Origin: Antedon mediterranea
Lineage: Eukaryota > Animalia > Echinodermata
Reading direction: 5' to 3'
NCBI RefSeq assembly: GCF_964355755.1
Contig: NC_092678.1
Coordinates: 20,229,365 to 20,293,364, forward strand
DNA length: 64,000 bases
The position numbers were made by a program, and so were the translations under genes. Within the stretch, counting starts at the first letter, position 1. Each line of letters starts with the position of its first letter. Below, piece after piece: positions 22,701 to 32,777 of the stretch. The notes below the pieces were generated by a model. That model searched no databases. It saw only the letters and a list, made by a program, of their open reading frames with translations, and was not told the origin of the DNA.

Positions 22701-25700
22701 TTGATATGCAAATTTGAATGCAAAACAAAATATTTTTTGCTACAAAAATAGTTAATAATTATTACTAAACTTACCAGCGTTTGAAATTATAAAACTGGTC
22801 TGCCAGCCAATGGCCAGTTAATGCCTGGAAGACCAGCTATATACTAATAGTCAAATAACAAGTCCGCTTGGCCAGTTAAAATGTCAATTAAAATCTGATA
22901 AAATAACAATAGTTTTACTCAATTCACCTCTCACAATTTCAATTACAAAATTGTTCACTATGTATTAATTAAGATTTCTTAAATTCTGTATTGTCCCCCA
23001 AAAACATGAAAATGAAGATTAATTAAATCAAACATTGATTGGTTATTTTGTAGTTTTAATAAAGTTAATCACTTCCATAGAAAAAAAAAGAAAAAAATTT
23101 ATGTTTTAACTTATAAAATGAGAAAATAATGGTTAAATTCAACCAAAAATCCATTGGCTGGCAGCCAATTTGACTATATTTTTCTTTAAATTACAGTTTT
23201 TTCAGGTTTATTTAAATACATTTTTTTCGATCTAATTTTTGGTCAAAGTGGATAACTATTACATTGTATGTGACATTAAAATGGTATTCAAAAAAATAAT
23301 TTTTAATTAATTAATTTTTAAGGGGTCAATACATTTTTAAATTCTGTACAGGTCTCATTTTCATTTTTTTTAAAGGAATGTTCATTATTTTGGTTGTTAA
23401 TTGGAGGTCTCCCTAATGTATACGCCCTTATTCTGTAACCAGTAAAAGGAGACCCCTGTACAGTACAATGTTATACTGTTCTTATTATTTAAGTGTATTT
23501 GTTTGTTTTTTTTCATGCAAAACTAACATTTTTGCCTGAATAGTAGACTAGTAGTACTCCTCTTTATTTAGAGGACACTTTTCCATGAAATCAGTGAGGG
23601 TCAATATTCTGAATAATACTACAGCCAACCTCTATTCAAGGGACACCCTGATGAAAACGACATCTTAGAAGGTCCCGAAGGCGTCCCTTTTATACAATGT
23701 AGGGGTTTATTATTAAAACTTTCAGAGGAACAGGACTTTTTTTCGCCCAAGCTATCACATTTTTAACTTAAACTTGATTTATTGTATTCACAGACAGCAG
23801 ATTTTTTTCTGGTACAGTAATTAAAAAAAAGAAGAGAAACACTCTCTAAAGGTTTACATAACACTGTAATTAACAGCAACATTCCATGGGTATTTCCTAA
23901 TTGATGACTCATTCCAATCATAAAATCTGGTTCCAAAGGTCAGATAGTGGATTTCTACTGTACAGTAGGGTATGTTCAGACTCACGGCGTTAAGGTAGCG
24001 TAATGTAAGAGGCGTACATATTTTTGTGTCTGAATTACTGTAGGCCGCGGATTAGCGTTGGGGAGCTGGTACACCACGCCAGTGGCGTTAATAACCCTTG
24101 CAGGAGAGGGTAGATTTAATAACGCTAATCCAGTGATGCATCAGTGATTTTAACATTAACCAACGAAAAGACACGACCACGATTAGCAGGCATACCTGTA
24201 CAGCGCAATTTTAAAGTACAGTTCGCGTCAGCGATATGATATTTTCATAAATTAAATACAATACTGTGTAATAATCAGATAATTGTCCGTGTGCTAATTA
24301 TGTTTAAAATTATTTTGAATTAAAATGCAATTCTGCAAGTAGTAAGAACAAATCAGTATATTTTGAAGGTAACATTATACTGTATAAATAAAAATAACAA
24401 AAAACAACTTTACAATATAAACTGTAATCCATTTTTCATGAATGTATACATAGTTCAATTTTCAATCTGATTAGACCTAATGTTCAGAGTCTTTTAAATG
24501 CAAGGCATTGGAATTTTGATCGTTGTGTCTGAAAACCTTGACTTTTAACGCCAGGAATTACCGTACGCCTTGCGCTAGATAACAAACCTTACACCGTGTG
24601 TCTGAACATACCCTTAGTCTGCTATAAATAATAATCAAACTTTAATTGAATTTTAACAACATGAATATAAACAATTTTTTGCCTGTGTCAATTACATGTT
24701 TTTATTTTGGGTTACAGGTGAAAAGGTCAAACATCTGCGACAATGTTAAGTGCCTTCCTGGATACCAGTGTTGTGAGGAAGGTAGAGATGCTTGTGGTGG
24801 AAATGAGTGTGAACAATGTATAGGTAATTTAATATATTTTATAATCTAACATTTCATATGATTCCCTGGTGCCCTGAACTGAAAAAAGTATCATGGAAAT
24901 TGACTTCACACCAAATTTGTACGATTTTAATCCGTTTTTTTTTTCTTTACTGAAATCATACATTTGTATTCTTTTGACCTATCAACAGTGATTATGAATG
25001 ACCTCGCTTGACAACAGATAACCGTATTCATGTTCGATGTGAAAGCATGCACAACGCTCGCGATATTTCCTCAGGGTGCCAAACCGAATCCGGGCGCGAT
25101 GTGAAAGTAGCTTATAGTCTACAGGGCTATCCACAAATTATCTAAATTCAGGCTGCCTACTGGAATTTTACACTGGCATACACAGAAATAAATGTACCGA
25201 CCTATTTACAGCTATTTACCTACCTACTTAAGTGCCTATACCTTGTCATCTGCTATTTGGCAGGTCCATGAAAGTTTGCTTTCTCCACACTTCTCTATTT
25301 AGTGCTTCTTCTTTTAGTTCCATTTGTGTATTACTATTAGTAATAAGTAAGTAAGTGGTACTTTTATTTTTTAATCTATCAAGCATAGCTACTGTATCCT
25401 TGTTTTACTTTTGTATCTTCCTTCTGTCTACTGTATCACAATTTTCAATTATAATCAATCCTTCCTATCCTTTTCATTATCTGCCTCTCTACTCTCTATC
25501 AATTTGTCCTTATTTCTTCTGAGTATTTGTATTTTCCTCCAGCACCACATCTCAAAGGCTTCAATACTAAATATTTCCTGCGTAAAAGAATATTCATTAA
25601 AATGTGTTCGATATTATTGAGTTTAATCACTGTCCTTCTCAAAGATAGAAACCCTATTCTCAAGGCAAACATACTGTAAGCCATACACAATGATGTACAC

Positions 25701-28700
25701 ATCATCTTCTATCATTTTTTTGCCATGACCTCTGACATGATTTGAACCCAAGAATCTGCCAATCATCAACCCCAATTACATTTCTATTTAAATTATTGTC
25801 TTAACTCAATAGATGGAACATTCTCATCTGGTGAAGTTGGAGAATATTGTGAAAATTGTCACAATTGTCTCCATGGCGAAGACAAGATTAAGGACTGTAC
25901 TCGTGAAAAAGACACGGTTTGTGAATGTCCATATGGTAAATATATCACCAGCTTTAGCACATGCGTACCGTGTGATGAATGCAATGAAAAAGATTGTAAA
26001 ATAGTATGTAACACAACGACACCAAAATCAACGGCAACACCGCTAAAACAGTCCACAACACCTGGTAAGTTTCAATCGATTAGGAAATCATTCTCAATTT
26101 GGCAACCAAAACTAATTATATGATGATCAGGAAAACATTGTGGTTGTTTAGAAAATTGAGAAATATACCTCAAATGTAGTTTAACAAATACAACTTAAAT
26201 TTATGTTAATTTGAACAACACAACAACTCTGATCTTTACTACACTACCTGGATTTGTGAAAACATAATTTTTAATTAATCGATCATTATTTGGACTATGT
26301 AACTTTTAATTTATTTTTATTTACTACTTTTCACAGCTAGAACCATTGTAATGACAACACCAAGTCAAAAGACAACAACATCCACATCTATACCGCCTAC
26401 CACCAATAACCAAGAAGAGGGTTCATCGTGGAAGGATATATACCTTGTACCAATTATTTCCTCTTCAGGTAAGGCTCCCCTTAAAGGAAAAATGTTATGT
26501 CGATTTGTACTTGTATCAATTATCTAGTGGCATGACATGAATGAAAAAGACATGACACCTGTTACTATCAGTGAATTACACCCACCTCTTGTATTGTGCA
26601 CAGGTAGAGTATTGTATATTACAGCTCATTCATGAATAATTTGATAATTTAAATAAGGACCAAAATTTAGTGCATGAGAATTACTCCAAGCTAGTCACCT
26701 GTAGCCCATACAAGCTTTCGTGGTCATTCCTTGTTGCCATAGTCTTTGCCTACTACTACTACTACTAAAAATCAATAAAACAGCATGTAGTACATTCTGT
26801 TTTATTGATTTTTTTTTTCAGTTTTATTTTTGGTTTTCTATTGGGAGAATGATTTTCTTTGTTGTCTTTACAAAACTAACCCAGATAACTACATATTGAA
26901 ATTACACATATAAAATAAGAACATTCAGTTTCTGAATTTGTTATTCTTGTTATATTTTAGTGTTTGTTATCTTTGTTATTGGTGGTTTATGCATCTGTGC
27001 TAGAAGGAGTTTGTGCTGCTGGACTAGGGAGTCTCGAGAATTTTGGAGAAATTATTGTCCCTGGTGCTGTAAGTTTCTTATGTATAGATTTACCGAAGAT
27101 TGTTTATGAAGTATTACGGCCCTGATTTTTAGAACCATTAACAGGTTATATAATGCCTAACGAATTTAAGGAGTATTTTTTCTAAAAGCACTAAATTCTT
27201 CAGCCAATAAATGTTTATAATCTTTGCTTCAATAAACAGTTTGTGAACATAAATTTGAAAACATTGGTTTGATCATACTAAAATGTTATTCTTCTGTATT
27301 TATTAGAAGAACCAACAAGTTGTATACAGTATAATTATCAATATATTTTGATTTTAGGCAAAACAACTGGAATTGAAGGTGGAAATGAAGGAATTGCTGT
27401 CTCCCAGGGTAATAAGAAATCTACCATGTGTAATATCCTAGCAGGTAAAAATATAACTGATTTTATTAGTTTTACCAAACAAGTTTTTTACTAGTTTGAA
27501 CAAATGTCTGTTTCAAATGCAATTTGTATTTTTGTTCTTCCTTTCTTGGAAAATGTGTGACTAGATTCGATAATAAACATTTTTATGTTGTTTCTATAGT
27601 AAAGCAGCTCAACAACTTTGTTTGTTTATTTTTATTATAGGGTGTTGTATAACAGTCCAACAAACGGGTAAATATATAATTTTTTAGTTGTAGTTACATA
27701 CACTATTAATCATTTTCACTGTGTGTGGGAGAGATGAAAAATAATGTCACAGTTTGATACAGAGTAGGGGCTATCAGTGAAAAATCTACAAGGCAGTACT
27801 GTACTGTAAGTAAGAATAACAATGTATTAGAAGACTGGAAATGAGCAAGATATACGGATTCAGGACTACTGTAAAGGTCAAAGATACTTTATACTGTACT
27901 TGATTGCTTGATTGAGATTATGCTGTTATTTACAAGACTGGTAAAATGTGTAGGCTAGTCATTTCATTGATACATAGTCATAGACTGAGATTGTGGTGAT
28001 ACCTGAAATATTGCAGAACATATCACAAAGCGTAATAATGAATAGGAAATAGTGTGGAGGAGGGAAGAAAATGTGGAGTATGGCATCATACTTAAAACCA
28101 ATTTAAAATTCCTTCTTTAAATTAATCTATGTGGGTGTGTGTTGGTAGTGGTGGAGTACATGGTCAATAAGATAAGGAATAAATATATATATATATATGG
28201 TGTTTATTTTATTGTATTGTATCTTCGCTGAAGCCTATGTAAAATGGCATTATGCATAAATATACATTTCCTAATAGTAAATTTGGTTTAAAAAAACATC
28301 ATAATTTTCATTTTTTTTTAAGGGGCTGGAGACAATGCAGGTATTATTTCTAGATTTTAATGTCACATTTTCTCATCTTTATTCTTCACTATTCATTTTC
28401 TCCCTACTTGCAACATCTTTTAATCAAACAAAATTTTAAAAAAGATGTAGTTTGGGCCCAGCGAAAAATCATATTCTGCTACTGCATCTATCAAAATTAT
28501 ATAATATGATTATCAATATTTTTATTTGAAGGCAAACAAAACGAAAGTGATAATGTAGAAAGAAATAAGAAAACTACTGCTACTGCTAACATACAGTTAA
28601 AACATGTAAAAATAAAAGGTAAATATTTTGTAAATACCTGTTACTGAAGTTGAAGAGACAATTTTACTAGTGGAAATGTGTTCTTCACATGCAAGTTAAA

Positions 28701-31700
28701 AGTTACACACACTGACCATAATCATTTCCATTAGGACATTAAATATTGAATTCTGTACACTACTCATATATTTGTTATTTTATTATAGGTTCTTCCGTAC
28801 ATATACATGGTACATCAGCTACAGGTAAAATTATAATGACTTGTGTTTATAGTTTTTTTTAGTACATTTGTAAAAGATGCATTGTTCACATACTTGGTTG
28901 CACTGTGTGAGAGAGATGAATAATAATGTACAGCAGAACAATTTTAGGTGTATAAATGAAACTATGGGAGTGTACTGTAGAGTAGGACACTCATATTAGA
29001 GTAGGAGGTGTTTTTAAAGTTCTTGAAAAGATCCTCTAAAGATGATGAAACTTGTCGTAGAGTTAACAAAAATGTGAACAAGGTAGACATTTTAGGCCAG
29101 ACATGTGTAGAGTTTCCATCAGACCTCCCAACCCCAGGATAAGTCAGGAGTCTCCTGATATATCAAGTCATCTTCTACTAATCTCCTGCTAAAATAGAAT
29201 TTCTCCCAATTTGTTTATGCAAAAAAACATCCTTATGGATAAATGTATTACTTTAGGCTCTACTACAAGGCAAGGCAAAAATGTATTGCTCTAAAGCATT
29301 TACATCTGCCATACCCATTGTTTACTAGAATTATTAGTGATAGCACCTCTATAGTTTTTATTGCACCTTCTCTTGTTTTAAATGCTATCATAAACAATTA
29401 TTCTAATATTTCATTTATTTAACTTGGGGCCTCTGTCTTTTCTGAAGATAGTATTGCATGACAATAGAAGTAAGACAATAAATAGCAGACTTGAATTGGG
29501 GTGTGAGAAGGTATGGAGATAGGAATGGATCAGGGAAGGTGTTGCTGAGGATATCAAAAGAATTTGTGCAAAAAAAGCAGTAGAAAAAGCTATAGAAATT
29601 CAAATTCTATTCATTTCCGCAGTTTTCCTGAATTCAATCTTTATTAACATATGATGCAGTGAAATGTATATAAATGTAAAGTTTTATATCAATATGGCAA
29701 TACTTAATTTTTTCTGAATGTTTGTTTATTCAGGTAATGATAATGTACAAAATACTACTACTCCTGCACAAGGTATGTGTACTCTTTGTTTATTTTCATC
29801 ATTATATAATATCATAATTACATATATATTGTATACAATATAATACTGTATTTATTTTTTTTAAGGAGCTGGAGACTGTGTATCAACAGGTACTGTTCAT
29901 TATTGTCTTTTTAGATGTTAATTTCTTAATTGCTCACTATTCACTTTTCATTCTGAATAGACAAAATGATATAAATTAAAACTAATTATTTTTTTTTTTT
30001 AAATCAGATAGTGTATTTGAAGAGGAAAATGACAAGACTGAAGGTAAGTTGGATAGTCAAAAATGGACACAAATTCTCTGTGGGAGGGGGTTTTAGACGT
30101 TTTATAGACCATAGATATTAAGAAATCAGTTATTTCTTGCCAATAGTCTATTACAAGTGTTATATGGTAGAAAGAAATTAGGGCCCTACTTGTTAATTTA
30201 TGTATCAAATTTAATGCTCGGACAGAAAGGTCTAATATTAGTTAACTTACAACATAAATTAATCAACTAGCGTTCACACAATCGTTTTATGGGAATTTTC
30301 CAATGAACAAACTAAGTCATCACAACGCTATCCCTGGGACGATTCGTCCCAGGGATTCTTTTTGTGCTTCACGAAAATTGTACATAATTTTTGCCCTAAA
30401 TTCACCCATGAATAGGAGAGTCATTGAACAAGAGTACAAATACTGAAATGTTATTACTGTTGTTTTAGGAACTGACAATCCTGAGAAAAAGCCTCTTATG
30501 AATCCTAATGGAAGTTCTGTGAAACAAACTAATGGAAGTTCAAGGAAGGGTAAAAGAAGTCTTATGAGCCAACGTTTATCCATCTCCAGTCTTCCTGATT
30601 TACCTGAAGATGGACCTCTAAGTCTACCTAGCTGGTGTTACCGTAAGATAAAGATATTTAAACCTACCTTATTATTGAAATGATATCTGTCAACATCAAG
30701 TATGCCATCTTCTTTCTAAGAAGCATACAAGATTGTTTTCATTCATAAGTTTTCTTTTTTATAGAGGACAATGCAAGAGTTCAAAAGGAACACATATTAA
30801 ACATCGCACCACACATTGGGAAAGAAGTAACAAGGATGGGTTTAAAACTTAACTTTACAAATGGTGAAATGGAAACTATTGAGCATAAGCACGATTCAGA
30901 TCTATTGAAACAAAATTTAGTGGTATTACAGCAGTGGGTGGAAAAAACAGGTGTTCATGCTAAGAAGGGTGTTCTTGCACAGGCTCTTGATGATGTTGGA
31001 AAAGCAGAGTTTGCGATGAAACATTTGTGGTCTGATCAAGAATGGAAACAAGGTATTTAATTGAGTTAAACATTTTCAAAAACTTTTTTTTCATAATATT
31101 GTATTGTTTTTAATATTTTGTTTACCATATTTATATTTAAAGAGAAATCTAGTCTTATTGCTGTTTAATATTTTGTTTAGGGATGTCAAAGATCACTAAA
31201 AAACCAACATTTTGGGGAAGAAGAAAAAGTCAGGAATTGGAGGTCAAACTTGATTCTGGTTAGTATTCTCTGATGAAATATGGTCAAATGATTAAATTCG
31301 AAATCAAAGACCCTAGACCTATATTTTTTACCTATTTTAAGGTCACACACTACATTTATGTAAAATAAATACTATATTGACCTATTGCGATAATTTCTTT
31401 CTTTCTAATTTTTTAAATGGTTAAAGTGTAAAAAAATAAGTCATTTCTAATAATTTAGGCAGCCCGCTCTAATTCCCAACATGCATCGCGCACGGATTGT
31501 TATTTTCATATTGTGAGGTTATGCATCAATCGCGTGAAAGGGTAAACAAATAAAATAACCGTAACTTTTCAGTGAAAATACAGTACCAGGAAAAAGGGAA
31601 AAAATTAATTCAGCAATGACACAAAGTTACCACTCTTTGGTAGGCCTAGAAACGTCTATGAGAGATCTTTCAACACAAGTTACTTGCTATTAAGGAGAGG

Positions 31701-32777
31701 AAATTGTTTTCATATGTGAACAAGGAGCATTGTATGTTTTGCTACAGCAAACCACTATTCATGGGATTTCCTTAATAATGGGACATTTTGTTTATTTGGT
31801 AAATTAATTGTATTTGATGATATTTCTATTGGTTTCTTCTTATTTTTGCAAAAAAAACCCCAAAAAACAGGATTATGTTTAATCATAATCACCAATAAAT
31901 TAATATTTTTAAGCTTCTCTGTTCCTTCTTATTTTGTCCCAAATAGCGATGACATATTCCTCGTTTATAATGAATGATATATTCACAATGTTTATAATTT
32001 ATAAATTATTTTATAGGTTATTTTCGTGGCAAGGACTGGACAAAGCAAAGCACATGGCAAGGGATCTGGGATATTATGTTAGAAAACGACTATGGAAGTT
32101 TTAGACAACTAAAATTAGCTTGCGGCACTGTAGAGCTACAACAACCTCGTCTTGATGGTGTACAAAGATGTCCGTATTTTAACCCTTCAAGTCATAGTTT
32201 GGATCAAGATTCAGTACCACGGATGAATTCACAGTGCGAAAATCGAAAACCTGTTAGTGTTCCTCATGGGGTTAATTGTTTATTTTCTGCCGCATCTATT
32301 ATTTATTCTGGTTCAGAAGATCATTTCCTTGAGTTAAAACTACGAACTGTTATTGAGTTGACCTATCATAAAGATTATTATTTGAATCAAGAAACACTTA
32401 TCCATTGTATAAAAGCGGAGTATGCACTGAGTCCAGAAGAGAACATTAAATTAACCAAACCCAAACATATAGAAGCACATTTTGAAAGTTTAGTTCGGAA
32501 AACATTAGGCAACCAAAGCGATTTCAGCCTACTGGGAAACTCCATCCATTTGTTCGGCCTTGCCTCAGTTCTAAACTGTAACATTCAGTCCATTTACCCT
32601 ACGATGCGTGCATCACAACAAAGCCCTTTAAATGTACTTATTACTCCACGTAAAAAGGAGATAGAAGATCCAACAACTGTTTTCATTATGTGGTCTAGGC
32701 ACACACCATTGCCTGAAGATGGACAGTTTGTTCCTAACCACTTTGTCCCTCTTCTTCAAATACCAACCACACATTAG
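10720..32777 (+). CDS. Gene A: TNF-receptor-superfamily death receptor with C-terminal vertnin-like OTU domain (17 coding exons, ~779 aa)
   Basis: Hand-built model, all introns GT-AG and frame-consistent. Exons: 10720-10806 (signal MALSYCTIIFIFIQSSIIIVNS), 24718-24823 and 25813-26064 (Cys-rich, C.DGTFS...C..C..C......DCTREKDTVCEC), 26337-26468 (Thr/Pro stalk), 26961-27068 (TM), linker exons 27358-27444, 27641-27667, 28323-28340, 28532-28618, 28789-28824, 29734-29772, 29866-29889, 30008-30043, 30469-30642, then 30765-31052 (death domain), 31181-31258 and 32017-32777 (OTU-like). Micro-exon use is inferred. Confidence 0.85.
11124..11421 (-). repeat. 3' LTR of Gypsy element 1
   Basis: Direct repeat of 18624-18921. 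On the minus strand it is preceded by the polypurine tract ACGGGAGGAG (11422-11431). Confidence 0.97.
11654..15901 (-). CDS. pol: Gypsy Pol: aspartic protease, RT, RNase H, integrase and C-terminal PHD finger
   Basis: Motifs: AVVDTAADFT (PR); WASPPVLV, RFCIDYRALN, MPFGL, AFLDD (RT); DASD, KELLA, TDH, NADALSR (RH); HH..H..C..C, HIDFLGP, SDQGRNFES, NGQVERFNRT (IN); WKGP; then a C4HC3 PHD. The frame stays open upstream of ATG 15799 as far as the slippery site at 15895-15901. Confidence 0.97.
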   Translation of the reverse strand, partial: VKRVRVGSEGRRPNPVPEAGQKEDDSSTIPKLGPMAKPVNTEGVAPDPVTIIEPSAISSGLIESSTPTTTKTEETQTRIVINRVKSLNALHATAFVNGTKIDAVVDTAADFTILSDKVYKSLDPAPPVVSTLSFTLAGRGTSMPGSKVGPLQFTLGTKEYHEFFYVAPINDDMLLGGDFLHPQGAVIDCGNLLLAIGGSTISLRGDSPVEPRVAQVTVAKRRVIPPHSAAHVKCKLVTNNVSMPDFFIEPVPTTDDVAIPATLHLRTDAPCICVINTSDHYLTMKKGRQIGTAREAEGVSVFQTGVTPSEDALSNQADDDGNQPEGVPAHLVGMLDSSRSNLSGEEADALTKLLVDYQDVFAAHQFDIGTFGDIEHSIDTGDASPIRQRLRHTPLRFVGEEEKEIKKMLEAGVIQPSMSEWASPPVLVRKRDGSVRFCIDYRALNNITTKDAYPLPLIRDCLDTLSGNIWFSKLDAIWGYWQIKMKDEDRKKTAFITKHGLYEFVKMPFGLTNCPATFSRAMGLVLRGLAWDTVLAFLDDIVVLGKTFEDHLSNLSQVLQRFRVNNFKLKPKKCVFFQKQVEFLGRIVGEDTVAVSDSDIKAVQDWPTPTNLREVQQFLGLANYHREFIENFAGLAAPLYELTKKEVKFHWDEEQQQAFTDLKAALVKPPLLALPNGTDEFILDVDASDQALGGELLQVQEGKEKVIAYASARLTHEQRNYCTTRKELLAIVFMTRHFRHYLLGRPFRVRTDHNSLTWLLNFKQPQGQLARWIEELSQYHLLIEHRRGQHHGNADALSRRPETHNSSHERPALEGLPCGGCSYCQRADARWSAFQDEVDDVVPIAHVHQVAVDHLEGTLPGDDVPWDPGGQVSIEVSRTATNGTIQFSFLQDDDGGRVAAVQLRPKGAECWGYSLDELRQHQTSDPDLAPVLDWLRNGEPSENQLFISSAATKHYWLNRQRLHLTEAGILFINRAEGTGRLLVLPKELHAVAFRLHHDLPSAGHQGVARTKFRLKEKFFWYGMGGDIQRYVQTCNICNRSKKATRQGRHRLTEFQAGVPMERVHIDFLGPLPKTEQGNIYVLMMVDQFTKWVEISPLPSQVAEVTARALVRDFFSRFGVPFQLHSDQGRNFESELFASLCKVLQIHKTRTTSYRPSANGQVERFNRTLMDAVRCFVGKRQRDWDVYLPQIAGALRATVNRSTGFTPNMLMLGREVNLPADLMFGECRSTDEQEAAIYVADLVKATRDAHGIARDTLKQTQKRMKRDYDLRVLERPYQCGDKVYVLDNATPRGKCKKLCPPWKGPGIITNVISSCLFQVQLRNKMVVLNHDKLKPCRDRQLPKWLADFHLPPLSSPTDPDAGPLYCLCRQPWAGLFMIQCDYCEVWYHGACVNIAPSEALDIDLYRCADCKSSVNN
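15858..15901 (-). promoter_or_regulatory. Predicted -1 ribosomal frameshift signal between gag and pol
   Basis: The minus strand has G_TTA_AAC, a 6-nt spacer GAGTAA, then a 10-bp stem GGGTTGGGTC/GACCTAACCC. The -1 frame reads RVRVGSEGRRPNP...LGPMAKPV directly into Pol. Confidence 0.85.
15889..17802 (-). CDS. gag: Gypsy Gag with N-terminal helix-hairpin-helix motif and C-terminal CCHC knuckle
   Basis: 637 aa. N-terminal VNFCPVQDLHGVPNVGKKRATRIIKWR, an Arg/Ser-rich linker, a capsid-like region (TFRGRGDNWSFF...ATQNEGETIEEWGDRV) and CFECKEVGHFRREC. Confidence 0.95.
   Translation of the reverse strand: MSSNKVLVNFCPVQDLHGVPNVGKKRATRIIKWRATHGNITPSNINQIHGVAGTARLVDYLDFQPNPSLGGGVGQMIDNVSPLVEKQNRAARKGSQVSQSVGMEGAYRGKNDGGHSGRYHVLSSPQATPLLDVPGTYYTTGPVSVPRYLEGGLGAYTPSTFAGRSDQDRSKNRSTQRRSYIKKPSPITLDSCFSSREDEEERLPRRLSKTARSKTRARRRSPSASDSDLSGDGADTDSSRSRESDRQSDRHSAGARTAVECLRATPRIRHYEGRQGFLERRRMRKKDIPRSLTFRGRGDNWSFFKRRLASFIEEQELTNRESKDVLTWCLDGAAAEFYVNLIEMDADLGFRQISKAFNRRFSEDELPAVLQAKLETATQNEGETIEEWGDRVLTLTRKAFKDLPKEWIQEQAVVRFCIGCRDAEVGRHVMHKHCSTIPRAIREFEKYDSYRGLYSKRKSKVKDTVKPHVRSTVRTSFAPPLSFQLPSEDQDDTEGETGDEVSIQQVRGRPMRGNRVTFQRPAPAWVPPEPAPTDGQNQPRTVTSVPPTNNTPTTEARLATVEGNFQTLNTNLGRVENTVNTGIAAMRNQLDQLMRFLKPGELACFECKEVGHFRRECPRLASRLRQVSGNEPDPLNE
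18606..18622 (-). promoter_or_regulatory. Primer-binding site of Gypsy element 1 (probably tRNA-Ser)
   Basis: TGGCGCTGCGAGCA begins 1 nt after the 5' LTR. It is complementary to a tRNA 3' end ...TGCTCGCAGCGCCA, which resembles metazoan tRNA-Ser. Confidence 0.8.
18624..18921 (-). repeat. 5' LTR of Gypsy element 1
   Basis: Direct repeat of 11124-11421 at an offset of exactly 7500 bp. Confidence 0.97.
19670..19785. repeat. 19-bp tandem repeat x5 plus one inverted unit
   Basis: CCAGGGAGTTGTAAAATAA five times, then TTATTTTACAACTCCCTG. Confidence 0.9.
19826..21384. mobile_element. Non-autonomous DNA transposon, 4-bp TSD (Sola2-like)
   Basis: TIR GGGTCATTCTTCAG.AAGTGTCTAA / TTAGACACTT.CTGAAGAATGACCC with AATA on both flanks and internal TCCGTCAC repeats. 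It is absent at the homologous site of gene B intron 1 (~41420). A partial inverted copy lies at ~38890-39280. Superfamily call is tentative. Confidence 0.8.
21403..21640 (-). mobile_element. tRNA-derived SINE
   Basis: The minus-strand head GAGTGAGTGGCCGAGCGGTTAAGAC...GGGTTCGAGGCTCACTCACTCCA carries Pol III A and B boxes, followed by a body and a (CAAT)n tail. It is absent from gene B intron 1. Confidence 0.8.
23968..24613. mobile_element. MITE (PIF/Harbinger-like)
   Basis: TIR GGGTATGTTCAGAC.CACGG.GT / AC.CCGTGTGTCTGAACATACCC; flanks GTA and TTA. Confidence 0.65.
25813..26064 (+). CDS. Gene A exon 3: TNFR cysteine-rich repeats
   Basis: Phase-1 reading (D)GTFSSGEVGEYCENCHNCLHGEDKIKDCTREKDTVCECPYGKYITSFSTCVPCDECNEKDCKIVC, with AG/GTAAGT borders. 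The ORF track shows the wrong frame here. Confidence 0.9.
30765..31052 (+). CDS. Gene A exon 15: death domain
   Basis: HILNIAPHIGKEVTRMGLKLNFTNGEMETIEHKHDSDLLKQNLVVLQQWVEKTGVHAKKGVLAQALDDVGKAEFA fits the death-domain helical pattern (L..W...G..A....L..AL...G). Confidence 0.88.
32017..32777 (+). CDS. Gene A last exon: vertnin-like OTU cysteine-protease domain
   Basis: PVSVPHGVNCLFSAAS....GSE....ELKLRTVIEL......Y, then HLFGLASVLNCNIQSIYP, IMWS and PNHFVPL. Confidence 0.88.

Noticed and set aside
25813-26004. ORF-track peptides MEHSHLVKLE... (and 44470-44685)
   Set aside because: Wrong frame. The phase-1 spliced frame gives the conserved TNFR cysteine pattern.
32076-32777. Stand-alone vertnin (VRTN) gene (also 53961-54734)
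   Set aside because: Both begin at a phase-1 splice acceptor in frame with the upstream receptor exons and lack the rest of VRTN, so the symbol is not assigned.
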